Shown: positions 1 through 10,877, counted from the first letter of the stretch. The stretch is DNA of 64,000 bases from Amphiscolops sp. MND2022 (GCA_964187785.1 OZ076409.1:53508001-53572000); one strand, 5' to 3'. The notes: generated by a model from the sequence alone, not told the origin. Numbers and translations: made by a program.

Positions 1-596
1 ACGATCAGATTAGTACAACTCTCTTGTTGGCTAGTGTCCTAGCACCTACTCACCCTCAAGGTCTATTCCCTGAGTTCCCTTTTTGTAGTAACCCTACTTG
101 TGCTCTCCTCATAAAGGGCAGTGCGAGTGACATAGAGTGCGCTCACAGAATAAAGTGCGGAGATTTCTTGAATAAATCTCCATAAAGCTCTGTTAGCGTG
201 CCAAAATCTTTCTGTTCATTCCAACCGCATAGCCTGTGGCTGGATAAAGCGTAGTTTAGTGTGAGTAACCTCTAATAGTACTTCAAAAAAAAAAACAAAA
301 AAAAAACTTAAAAGACTCATCTTTAACTTTTCGTAGGATAACTATCTCCAGTTAGTGGGGTAGCAAACCTTTCTGTTCTGATTAGTGGTGACTAGCACCA
401 GTGCATGTAATCTGAAGATTGTAGTTTGCAGGCCAACTTCATTCTACGTAGAACCTAGTAGGCAATTGCGAGCTGCAAGCTCAAGAACGTAGTGGTCCCA
501 TAGTTTAGTTTAAACCATAGTGAGGAAGCACATTAAAAACTTCCTATTTTTATTTGTCTTGCGCTTGACTTTGCACAAAGAAGGATAGGGTGAGTA

Positions 597-3500
597 ATGA
601 AAAAAGCCAAAGCCCTGTTCAAAAGCTGGGTTACCAGAGGAAACAGTAGTCAGAGCAGTCCATCGAGCATGAAATCAGGCGAGATTGAGTATCTGAAGTC
701 TTTGAATGAGTCGAACAGGCAGTCTAGTGGCTTCCACGCTACGAATCCATTTGCAAGCGATGTGGAGGAGTTATCTAGGCTTAGTGCACGTGCTGAGATA
801 GCAGCGGATGACATGATTGCAAACATGTTTTTATACGACGTCATGTCGGATAATGTGTCCATCGCTGATCAAAACTCGCAAATGGCATACTTCAGCCAAC
901 TAAACCACTCTCGGGCATCTTCCGATAGCGCTAACTTTGTAAATGGCACTGCCATGAACTGTGGTAACGTCTGGCCTCCCATGAACAACTCTGCGATTGA
1001 TTGGGGAGATTGGCCAAATTCGAATGGAGAACAAGCTAAAAGCTCGGACATCAGTAAATGGGTAGAGAACATGAATGCAGGCACGGCCTTCGGAGAGATT
1101 ACACCACAAATGAGTCTGGATGTGGACCCGCTGGGTTCCGGAGTTCCTGTGTTTGCTGCTAGTAGAAACGCCGTTGCTAACAAGACGGAAGGGTACATCA
1201 ATCAGGACAAAACGGAAACCTCAATCACATCAGTCAAGAGTTTAACTGAAAAGCTCATATCGGAAATGACTGCGATAATGGCGCAAAGAGATCAACAAGC
1301 CGATGAACGACTGACGCTCATTTCCGAAACTATGCATCGCAGAGACTTAGATGTCGACAAGCGCATGGTGGACCTCATGACTACAGTTCAAGAGTTGACC
1401 CTAGGGGTAAAAGCTGTAGTGGCGACGATACCAAGTCGTCCTTCACCTGTGCCGGTGGCACTAAATCCTGCGAACGCACCATCTGATAATGCATCTTCAA
1501 TTCAGCAACCCACCAATAGAGAAATAGTTCAGCGCCAGAGCAGGACGAAGCTCGACCAAAGAAACTTGAATCCAGAGACAGTAGAAGAGGCTGCAAAAGG
1601 CAATACACCGAACACAATACATGGGCAAATGTTAGCCGAAGCGATAACAACCGCGATGTCCAAAGGTTTGGAACCATTGCTAGCAGCAAAAGAAGCCAAA
1701 AATACACCAACCAAATACCGCGGTACGCGCGACGGGATAATAGATGGTTGGCTAATGCTCATGAAACGTTATCTGGAAAAAGCCCACTCAAAGGATACTT
1801 CGCTGGACAGAGCATGGACCATCGTGGAATTCTTAGAGAATGAGGCACAAGACTACATCATGAACAAATCCGAGGCTGAGCGCGACACGGATGAAAAAGT
1901 CTTTGCGCTACTAGCGCGTCGATTTGGAACCGGATCTAGTAAGTTCCAAATACAACAGCAGTTCCGTACACGCAATCAGTCCGACAACGAAGACTATATG
2001 CAATATCTTGACGCTCTTGAAGGTTTGCGCAGCCAAGGTTTTCCTAACGAGGACGTTACTGTAAGGCGTTACGAAATCATGCAGAGGTTCATTGAAGGGG
2101 TACGCAGCTTTGAGTTGAAGCGAAATCTCGCACTCATGTACGCACAAGAACAGTACGTGGATACACCTCCAACAGTGGAAGCACTACGGTTCACGGTACA
2201 ACAATACTTGCATATGCGCGGCCCCATCCGCTCTGAGAATTATCCAGCGCCTCAGCAACACCAAGAGCCGTTACTTGCTAGCCACCAAAACCCGATACCG
2301 GCAGCGGCTCCTCAAGCGCCTAATGGGCAGCTACCTCCACAGCCAGTGGCTGTTCGACAGCAACCACCGAAGCCATCTAGAGCGTGTGTCAATTCTGGCG
2401 ACCCGTCACATTTTGTTGTCAATTGCACTTTGAAAGATCGCGCACGCAAACCAATGCCTCAACTAGTTACCTCATGTCGAACAAACCCAGCTGGTGAATG
2501 GTCTTGTCCTTCTAACTCTCAGGGCATCAATAACGACGTTGTGCCTGCGGCACTACCAGCACAAGCACCGCCCACACTACGCGTCACTTTTGATTGCACG
2601 GGCAACACTGCATCCGACTGCATGGTGCCTGGAAATGCAGCAACAGAAGAACAAGTGAAAGCGGCGTGGTACGCCCCTGTCGCGAATTCCGCGGACATTA
2701 TTGATACTGATGATCAAATACGGGTGATCTCAATTTCAGAAGAAGGAGGCCCCTCACGTCCTGTGGTTGTGACTTGCGGTGAAAAACAAATCTTGACGAC
2801 GCTTGAAGCCCCAGCACCTGATTGTACTGAGACTTTAATTTCTATCCACTTGCTATTATCAGCAGAACAAAAAGCACGTCCAAACCTCACGTTGGCACAA
2901 CTAAAAGAGGAACTTTGCCGCAATACCAGTCTCACGATAGCTTCGAGACCCTTACCGCATTTTACTAGAGATGACGATACCAAGCTAGCCCAAATACACA
3001 AGGTTAAAACAATCGCGCCGGTCCCCATTGCTATCACGATTGATGGTGTCGACATGAAATTCGACGCGATTGTTGTCCTGGAAGGACACTTTCCGCAGGG
3101 ACTGTACTTGGGCAGGCAAGAACTGCGCTGTTATAACATCGGAGTGCAGGATGCACATGGAGAGGCCCAGATTGATGAGCGAGCCTCGCTAGTTGTTGCA
3201 TTCGGAACTCCTTTGCAAAAGCCGATACCACTCTTCGGCATGATAGACACCGGTTCGGGAGTCTCCATCCTCTCATTGAGCGCGTACAAGAAAATTGCAC
3301 CCCAGCATGAACTGAACCTGTCACCGTACGATCTTGAACTCTTCGCTGCCAATGGCAAGACCATCACCACCGTTGGAATAGCCGAAGACGTAAGCTTTCA
3401 GCTTGGCGGACATACTCTGAAGACCAACTTTGTAGTCATAGCCGATCACATTGGTTCAGAGGATTTTCTCCTGGGTCGGAACTTCTTGCGCACATACAAC

Positions 3501-6500
3501 GTGTTGGTGGACCTGGCTGCCATGAAAGTAACCATCCGAAACCCGAAAACGCCTAGGATCTTCAAAGCAGTTCATGAAGTCAGTGACCAAGAGCCATCGT
3601 TTGTTGTTTCTGCCGAAGAGGTTACTTTAGGGCCTTTCGAACGAAAAGTTGTGCGCGCGAAGATCATAACGCAGCAGCCCAACGAGTTTCATTTTCGTAA
3701 CGTAATGGTGCACCCATGTAGCATTAGGTCCAACTCATTGTTTGATTCAGAAGATACACTTACTTCCGTGGGAGAAGACGGTGTGGTTTTCTTAGCCCTA
3801 AGAAACCAAACTGCTAAAGAAGGGGTAAGAATCAAGGAACAAACCGTAATTGGGAAAGCGGTGCTCACCAATTTTGTGTTCAACTCCGTTCCCATTCAAG
3901 ACAGTCGTGAAGCTTCGAAGCTTTCAGCCGAATTTGTGAATCAAGTGCACAGAGACTTAGATTTGGACACGAGTTCAGAGTTTAGTTCCTTTGCACAGAA
4001 CTTTTTGTCTTCAACTGAGCCATCAGAGATGGGCCTATCGGAAAATGAAAAACGCAAAAGGACAGATCCACTATTGCTGAAGCCGATCCCAGGCCCCGAC
4101 CTCTCTTCCGTCCTTTCTTCTTGGGGGGAAGGGGCGAGAGACAAATTAGCGAGCGTTTTGAGTGAATACGATGACCTGTTCATGAAAAATAAATCCGACA
4201 TAGGACGATGCAAAATTGCGAAACATTGCATAGAGCTAGAGCCGGAGGCTATACCACACAGAGAAGGGGCAAGGCGCATGTCTCCCGACAAAGCAGCCAA
4301 AGCGAACCAAGAAGTGCAGAATTTGTTAGCTCTAGGTTTGATTCAACCCTCTTACTCGCCGTGGGCTAGTGGGATTGTCATGGTGAAAAAGAAATCAGGC
4401 GAGCTTCGCTTTTGCTGTGACTTCCGCCCGCTGAACGATATAACAGTGAAAGACGCGTTCCCACTGCCCAGGATTGATGAAAGTCTTTCAAGGATCGCGA
4501 ATGCAAAAATCTTTACGAGCATCGACTTAGCGTGGGCCTTTTGGCAGATTCCACTGAAGAAACGTGACCGCAGAAAGACCGCGTTCGCGTGCGAGCTTGG
4601 ACTGTTCGAATGGCGACGAATGCCCTTTGGGCTTTGCAATGCATCGGCCACATTTCAGCGGTCGATCACGAGAGCTCTTCAGAAGATTCAACAACGCCAT
4701 GGAAGTGTTGTCATGGCATACATTGACGACATAGTAATTGCCACCGAAACAATTGAAGATCATTTGGAGAGGATCAGAGAAGTGTTCGAGTGTCTCAGAG
4801 AGGCAGGTTTCAAGATGCGAGCCGAGAAGTGTGATTTCATGCGCACTGAAACCAAATACCTCGGACGGGTAGTCTCAGCCGAAGGCATAAAACCAGACCC
4901 GGCAGCTGTTAGCAAAATCCAAGAATGGATGCCTCCGAGAAATAAAGAAGAACTTCAAAGCTTCCTCGGATTTGCGAACTACTACCGGGACTTCATTCCT
5001 TTTCACGCTGCTAAGGTGCAACCTATGCAGGAGTTGTTAAGGAAGAACCAACACTTCTACTGGAAAGAAAAACATCAAGAAGCGTTTGACTCAGTGAAAC
5101 AGGCATTAGCCGATGCCACAGCTTTGGCAGCGCCAAACGAAGAAGGACGTTTTGTTTTGGACACAGATGCCAGTGCAGTTGCTATAGCCGGCATACTGCA
5201 CCAAGAACAACAATACAATGGGAAAACCATTCTTCGTCCCATCGTTTATGGCAGCAAGTCACTGACTCGAACACAAATGAATTATGGCGCCCCGAAGCTG
5301 GAAATGTATGCAGTATTCTATTTTATCGAGAAGTTTCATTCCTACCTTGCAGGTCGGGAATTCACGCTGCGCGTGGACAACCAGGCTCTCTCATGGCTGA
5401 AGACATATTCAATGGATCAGGCCATGATTGGACGCTGGATTGCGCGCCTCGACCAATATCACTTCAAGACGATCCACAGACCACGCACGCAACACAGAAA
5501 TGCAGACGGTCTTAGCAAAAGGACCAATGACTACGTGCATCGGGAGAAGATTGTGGAAGCTCTACCAGAAGTGAGCAAGGGATTCAGCTTCATGTCCCAG
5601 AAAGACTACGAAGAACTCCCCACTGTGCCATATATTGACAAACATGGAAAATTCATTCCAAACCATCCGGAGCTTCCACCCGAAGCTCGAGCACAACTCC
5701 CCGTGCTGTACATTTTGAAAAAGCCACCAAAGGAGGATCTAACCTCAGATCCGTCTTTGAGTTCCATACCATGGTACCCACAGGTGCAATGGGAAACGAC
5801 TCCGACATCAACTGAAAACGACAGACCAAATTGTATCCTTAGCGTAACAACCAAAGTGCCAGCGGCACGTCTCGACACCACCAAACGTGACCCAGCGTTG
5901 CGTAGATTGCCGACGCAGTGTCAAGAACAAGCTGACGTCCTTAGGCTAGTTGGGACTGAGCTGCACGAGCATCAGTCGACAATGCGCGGATTGAAGGATC
6001 TACATTTAGCTCAAAACAGAGATGTACACCTTCTAGCGCTGAAGAAACTCATGAAGAACGAGCCATTGGATGACACCTTGTTCCCCGAGGACGTGCAGGA
6101 CTTTGCCAAGCGATACTATCATCAGAAAAAAGACCTACTGTTCTTGAACCAAAATGACATTTTATGTGTCAATTACATTCCGCAGCAACGCGCGATGCAC
6201 GTACGACCGTGTATGATCGTCATGCCCCAGTTGTATCAACATGAAATCTTGTACAGAGCGCATGATGAGTCAGGACACCAAGGCGTAGGCAAAGTGTTAG
6301 CAAGAATACAAGAGCGCCACACTTGGCCAGGCATCAAGCGTGATGTAGTCAACCACATTAAGCATTGCTTAACATGCCAACAGACGAAGCATCCCGCTGG
6401 GAACCCTTGTTATCCGTTGCAGAGTATCAACAGCAGCAATTTTAATGACCTGGTGCAATTTGACCATTTGAAATTGTGCAAGACAACGTCAGGAAATAAT

Positions 6501-9500
6501 GGATTGCTAGTCATCATCGACCATTTCACCAAATTTGCAGAGGCAATCCCATGTGCACATGATGAATACGACGCCCAGACGACTGCAAAGATTATCCTGA
6601 ACAAATGGTTTGCGAGACATGGCACTCCTGCCAGGATGCAGTCAGATAATGCCACCAACTTCACTGCCGAAATTGCTCAAGAATTGATGAAAGCTTCGCA
6701 AGTAACCAAGGTAACGTCCACTCCAGCTCATCCTAGAGGCAACGGTTTAGTAGAACGCCAGAACCGAACATTGCTCACCTTGCTCCGAGTCTATACGTCA
6801 CGCAGGATGCTTGACTGGGATGAGCACATAGACGGAGTCTTAGGTGCCTACAATTCGACCAGACATGCGACAACCGGATTTTCCCCGTACATGCTCCAAC
6901 ATGGCGCAGAAAAATCCATTCCGCTCTCGTTCATATACCCAGAATTCGCAGCGCGAGAGTTTGAATCCAAAGAAGAATTTGTAGAGCACCTGCTTGCTAG
7001 ACAACAAGAAATCCACGAGCTTGTCCGCCGAAATACTCATCAAGCGCAGGTACGACAAAAACAGAAGTTCGACAGGCATTTGAAGGCAAAAGCTCATGCC
7101 GTGGGTGATGCCGTTTGGGTTTTCTGCCACATAATTCCCAAGGGTGGTACCCGCAAACTTCTTCGCGCCTGGCGTGGACCTCACAAGGTCACAGATGTGT
7201 TACAAGACGGAAGACTATATGTTTTGGATACAGGTCAAAAAGTCCATTTCGAGCGCCTGAAGAAGCATGTGCCAGCACCGTGGGATTGGGCAGCACATCA
7301 ACCCTTCGGGTTAGACCAAAATGTAGCCATCATTGCAGATCCATATGTGGAAGAAAGTAATGAGGAAATAACATCAGACATCTCGCGAGACTCCTTTCTT
7401 CCAGAACAACTGCCGGAGGCATCGTTCGAAATGGAACCAACCGCGCCTGTCCCGCCACGCACAATTCAGACACGTACTCAGTCTGCATTGGAACAAGGAA
7501 TCCCACGTAGACGCTTCAGTCACTTTGGATATCCATCTGAGTCCGAATCTGACCAAGAACCAGTAGAGCAACCCATTGAAGAAACCCAGCAACCAATGGT
7601 TTGTCCTGAGATTGACGACCTCGAACCACTGTACTCCGATCAAGAGGAAGTCTTGCCTGAACCAGCACCAAGTCTGGTACCCTCGCCATCAGGAACTTCA
7701 GCACCATTGCTTTCCAACCCGGCTTTAACCGATACATTGAGTAATTTTCCACTGTTCAGTTCTCGAGCTGGTAGCTCGGTAGAACTAGAACTTGCCGAGG
7801 AAGCCGAACCCCAAGAAGGAACTGGTGGAGAAACTCAAGAACCCGGTCAAAGCATGGAAACATTACCCTCATCAGGGAGAACTGCAACTAAAAGAGGCAG
7901 ACCAAGAGGCAGACCTCCAGGTCGTAGAAGAGGAAGTACCACTTCATCAAGCAGAGCACTCACAAGGGCACACAGACCATACACTAGATCAAGAGGCCGA
8001 GTAAGAACCAGAGCTCAATCTCAAACTTTGGAACGTGCAATGACACTACCCAACATAGCGGAAAGCATATCTCCAGAGCAACGAGAAGCTGAGCAACCAA
8101 CCCCTTCACAAGCCCCACCTTATCAGCTACGACGCAATAGAGCACCACGATACAGGTGTGGAACCTGCGGTTCCCGTAACTGTAGTTGCCTCAACCTAAT
8201 CAGGAGAAGACCACCGGACAAGCGATTGGCCCGGGGAGTGGACGCTCCTGCCACAGACTCAGCTGACACCGAAGCAATTGAAGACCACATGCAACACACA
8301 ATCCGGTCCATACAGGCTAAGGACCAGGATATACCACAAGTACATCATATCGTCATAACAACAGAGAAAACCTACTCGAGCATTGGACCAGGTGTGGTTC
8401 CACCCTTGGAAACCACACTAAGAGCCATGCAAGAAACATCGTCCTCAGACTGTCCCACCTACCGATTTAAGGAGTGGACGTGGCAAGAAAAGAGTGGATT
8501 GGAATTCACACTGGCTGCCATCATACCCCCACTCCCACCATCGATGGTGTTTGGAAAACTAGAGCCAGAAGACACGAAAGTAGCAATGGTACGCTGTATC
8601 ACCGCGCAGAAGCTATGGCAACAATATGGTGTGACTTCCCCCCCTGGAGATGTGTATCACCCAACGGCTGGTTGGTGGCTATTAGTCACCTCCTTGGACG
8701 AAACATCACCAGTGAATCCAGGAACTCTATTGATTTGCTTGGAGAACTTGCGTACACTTGTAGAGTTCGAGGACACACTTTGTTTTCATCTAGCAGATAT
8801 CTATCGCGGGAAATTCCTTAGTCAACATTGGTTACAGCTACTAGCTATCACTTTCTGTCGGCAAACTAAAATACGCCTGTTGGACAAATACACGTATGCG
8901 TTCGAGAACCCAGTGACCGTGCTAGAAGCACTCTCCGTAGTTCATGATTGGTCTTGCACAAATTTGGGAGACCGACCTTTACGCAGAACAGTGTGGCAAG
9001 ACCATAAAGCTATACTGGATCATCTCACACCAAATCAAGACAATCAAAGCACCGTCACGGGAAAACTGTTGACAACACACCCGAAGGTCAAACCGAATTA
9101 TCTGTCATGGATTTCCTACGAGGAAACTGACATTCTGCAAGCCCGGGATACCGTGGCAATATGTTGTCCGGCTGACCTGCTGTCATACTCAGCAATGGCG
9201 CGTTATGTCATTCGGGAATATGGCCAGGAAGAGATCTTCCGGCTACGTCCAGCCGTGGGAAAGGCCGTACATCTCACCAGATCACCATCAGCGCCGTGGA
9301 ACAACGAGATGTTTTTGTTAGTCACCAGAGCCTCTAGTAAACACCCTATTTTACATGATGTGCTACATCTGTGCCTGACAGACCTGGTGCAGAAGCTCGA
9401 GCGAGCACAAATCACCCGAATACATCTGCCTATTTATGACCCCGAAAGGTCTATCAACATGCTACCAGCTTGGTATTCAATGTTGAGAGATCATTTCATT

Positions 9501-9593
9501 GATTCCAGCGTCGACATAGTTCTGCATGATCGGGTATATGTGTCGATAGCACTGGTCAGAAAACACCTCAATCAACTGAAGCCCAAAGCTTGA
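597..9593 (+). CDS. Ty3/Gypsy gag-pol polyprotein (Gag, protease, RT, RNase H, integrase, long C-terminal extension with macrodomain-like region)
   Basis: Uninterrupted 2998-aa ORF. Protease IDTGS (nt ~3246) ending in FLLGRNFL. RT motifs SPWASGIVMV, RFCCDFRPLN, MPFGL and YIDD (~4719). RNase H TDAS (~5160). Integrase H-x4-H...CxxC (~6260-6380) and SDNA. Domain order PR-RT-RH-IN is Gypsy-type. Confidence 0.97.
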   Translation: MKKAKALFKSWVTRGNSSQSSPSSMKSGEIEYLKSLNESNRQSSGFHATNPFASDVEELSRLSARAEIAADDMIANMFLYDVMSDNVSIADQNSQMAYFSQLNHSRASSDSANFVNGTAMNCGNVWPPMNNSAIDWGDWPNSNGEQAKSSDISKWVENMNAGTAFGEITPQMSLDVDPLGSGVPVFAASRNAVANKTEGYINQDKTETSITSVKSLTEKLISEMTAIMAQRDQQADERLTLISETMHRRDLDVDKRMVDLMTTVQELTLGVKAVVATIPSRPSPVPVALNPANAPSDNASSIQQPTNREIVQRQSRTKLDQRNLNPETVEEAAKGNTPNTIHGQMLAEAITTAMSKGLEPLLAAKEAKNTPTKYRGTRDGIIDGWLMLMKRYLEKAHSKDTSLDRAWTIVEFLENEAQDYIMNKSEAERDTDEKVFALLARRFGTGSSKFQIQQQFRTRNQSDNEDYMQYLDALEGLRSQGFPNEDVTVRRYEIMQRFIEGVRSFELKRNLALMYAQEQYVDTPPTVEALRFTVQQYLHMRGPIRSENYPAPQQHQEPLLASHQNPIPAAAPQAPNGQLPPQPVAVRQQPPKPSRACVNSGDPSHFVVNCTLKDRARKPMPQLVTSCRTNPAGEWSCPSNSQGINNDVVPAALPAQAPPTLRVTFDCTGNTASDCMVPGNAATEEQVKAAWYAPVANSADIIDTDDQIRVISISEEGGPSRPVVVTCGEKQILTTLEAPAPDCTETLISIHLLLSAEQKARPNLTLAQLKEELCRNTSLTIASRPLPHFTRDDDTKLAQIHKVKTIAPVPIAITIDGVDMKFDAIVVLEGHFPQGLYLGRQELRCYNIGVQDAHGEAQIDERASLVVAFGTPLQKPIPLFGMIDTGSGVSILSLSAYKKIAPQHELNLSPYDLELFAANGKTITTVGIAEDVSFQLGGHTLKTNFVVIADHIGSEDFLLGRNFLRTYNVLVDLAAMKVTIRNPKTPRIFKAVHEVSDQEPSFVVSAEEVTLGPFERKVVRAKIITQQPNEFHFRNVMVHPCSIRSNSLFDSEDTLTSVGEDGVVFLALRNQTAKEGVRIKEQTVIGKAVLTNFVFNSVPIQDSREASKLSAEFVNQVHRDLDLDTSSEFSSFAQNFLSSTEPSEMGLSENEKRKRTDPLLLKPIPGPDLSSVLSSWGEGARDKLASVLSEYDDLFMKNKSDIGRCKIAKHCIELEPEAIPHREGARRMSPDKAAKANQEVQNLLALGLIQPSYSPWASGIVMVKKKSGELRFCCDFRPLNDITVKDAFPLPRIDESLSRIANAKIFTSIDLAWAFWQIPLKKRDRRKTAFACELGLFEWRRMPFGLCNASATFQRSITRALQKIQQRHGSVVMAYIDDIVIATETIEDHLERIREVFECLREAGFKMRAEKCDFMRTETKYLGRVVSAEGIKPDPAAVSKIQEWMPPRNKEELQSFLGFANYYRDFIPFHAAKVQPMQELLRKNQHFYWKEKHQEAFDSVKQALADATALAAPNEEGRFVLDTDASAVAIAGILHQEQQYNGKTILRPIVYGSKSLTRTQMNYGAPKLEMYAVFYFIEKFHSYLAGREFTLRVDNQALSWLKTYSMDQAMIGRWIARLDQYHFKTIHRPRTQHRNADGLSKRTNDYVHREKIVEALPEVSKGFSFMSQKDYEELPTVPYIDKHGKFIPNHPELPPEARAQLPVLYILKKPPKEDLTSDPSLSSIPWYPQVQWETTPTSTENDRPNCILSVTTKVPAARLDTTKRDPALRRLPTQCQEQADVLRLVGTELHEHQSTMRGLKDLHLAQNRDVHLLALKKLMKNEPLDDTLFPEDVQDFAKRYYHQKKDLLFLNQNDILCVNYIPQQRAMHVRPCMIVMPQLYQHEILYRAHDESGHQGVGKVLARIQERHTWPGIKRDVVNHIKHCLTCQQTKHPAGNPCYPLQSINSSNFNDLVQFDHLKLCKTTSGNNGLLVIIDHFTKFAEAIPCAHDEYDAQTTAKIILNKWFARHGTPARMQSDNATNFTAEIAQELMKASQVTKVTSTPAHPRGNGLVERQNRTLLTLLRVYTSRRMLDWDEHIDGVLGAYNSTRHATTGFSPYMLQHGAEKSIPLSFIYPEFAAREFESKEEFVEHLLARQQEIHELVRRNTHQAQVRQKQKFDRHLKAKAHAVGDAVWVFCHIIPKGGTRKLLRAWRGPHKVTDVLQDGRLYVLDTGQKVHFERLKKHVPAPWDWAAHQPFGLDQNVAIIADPYVEESNEEITSDISRDSFLPEQLPEASFEMEPTAPVPPRTIQTRTQSALEQGIPRRRFSHFGYPSESESDQEPVEQPIEETQQPMVCPEIDDLEPLYSDQEEVLPEPAPSLVPSPSGTSAPLLSNPALTDTLSNFPLFSSRAGSSVELELAEEAEPQEGTGGETQEPGQSMETLPSSGRTATKRGRPRGRPPGRRRGSTTSSSRALTRAHRPYTRSRGRVRTRAQSQTLERAMTLPNIAESISPEQREAEQPTPSQAPPYQLRRNRAPRYRCGTCGSRNCSCLNLIRRRPPDKRLARGVDAPATDSADTEAIEDHMQHTIRSIQAKDQDIPQVHHIVITTEKTYSSIGPGVVPPLETTLRAMQETSSSDCPTYRFKEWTWQEKSGLEFTLAAIIPPLPPSMVFGKLEPEDTKVAMVRCITAQKLWQQYGVTSPPGDVYHPTAGWWLLVTSLDETSPVNPGTLLICLENLRTLVEFEDTLCFHLADIYRGKFLSQHWLQLLAITFCRQTKIRLLDKYTYAFENPVTVLEALSVVHDWSCTNLGDRPLRRTVWQDHKAILDHLTPNQDNQSTVTGKLLTTHPKVKPNYLSWISYEETDILQARDTVAICCPADLLSYSAMARYVIREYGQEEIFRLRPAVGKAVHLTRSPSAPWNNEMFLLVTRASSKHPILHDVLHLCLTDLVQKLERAQITRIHLPIYDPERSINMLPAWYSMLRDHFIDSSVDIVLHDRVYVSIALVRKHLNQLKPKA

Positions 9594-10877
9594 CTGAGTC
9601 CCTGTGGCACTATGGAACAGCCATTCGAAAGGCCACTCGCCTTCTTTTAAGCCTATGTGTCGTTTTAACCAATTGATAGATGTTTCTTAATGCGGATTGT
9701 GAATATTGTTTTATTAGTTGTCCCCTCAACGTTTGAGTATATTGTTCGCGTTCATTCAAAAAATGTTTTAAATCTACGACTGCTCCCCGTCTTTCAATTA
9801 TGTCCTATTTCGCTATACTTCCGCGGTATCAGATCATCATCCCAATTACATCCTCGCAACATCCTCAGATTGTACCCCAGGTGCTAAATGCTAACGCAGT
9901 ATGCTATTGTTTCTTGTTTGTACACAGTGCAATAATCTTTCACTTGGTTGAGAGAGCTACCATGCAGCATCCCGAGCAATGTGGATCCAACTGACAACGA
10001 CAAGAAACTGATATAGTAGTCCTCAGATCACCGTCGACCAACTGCTGTTATCAACTATGGAATGGTGAAGCCGTACATGACAGAAGACGAATATAAAGTC
10101 AAATTTAGTGGTGTTCGAACCACCAGATTCCAAACGATTGATTCAGTCTGTGATTGGTACGAAGCACCCAATACGGAACCGGTTCCAGAAACTATCACGT
10201 ATTTGTAATCTGAATAGCGTTATATGTCCCAGCCACATGGTTGTTGGCTTCAGAAATGTTGGTTCTGCACTTCATACACTTGAGTAGATGATGAGTGAAC
10301 TCCTAGAATTCAAGATGGGCGCAGTACCTGAAATGGATCCCAAACAAGCACCAGAACACAATGGACTGAATGGACTCTCGATGATTTTCTTTGATGTGTT
10401 ATATGCTGTGTTTCTATATTGGAGCTGTTCATTTGGCAATGTAACGCTTTGATTACACCCGATTCAAGTGCTATTATGCATTTTGTAGTACCCTACCTGG
10501 TAGGTGGGTCCCAACTTGGTGCCTCCCCGCCCGAAATAAAAGAAAAACTGCAATCGGAATTCTTGCAACCATGCTTTCTTGCAAATTTTTGGAATGCCGC
10601 GTACATTACCACCCCTTAGAAGAAGTTTTAAACTAGCTTGGAACGAATAGAAAGAGTTTTTAGAAAAATTGATTTTTATCTTCTGGAATGTTAAGAAATA
10701 AGTGCTACAAAAACAGTGCAGGAGACTTTTGCAAAAACAAAATATTTCGAAAATAGTGTAAAAATTTTGTGTAGTAAGATCCAACGTAAAGAATTGAAAC
10801 AATGTTGCTAAGGACCCGCTGGGTATGTATCATTCTCTCTCGTTTGCCGAGGACGACAAACTACGGCCCGGGGAGGA

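Noticed and set aside
650..9415. Antisense and alternate-frame ORFs overlapping gag-pol
   Set aside because: Expected shadows of a long coding sequence; no motifs.
9600..10860. env-like or second ORF after gag-pol
   Set aside because: Only short ORFs with stops in all frames; no signal peptide, furin site or TM pattern. A decayed ORF cannot be excluded.
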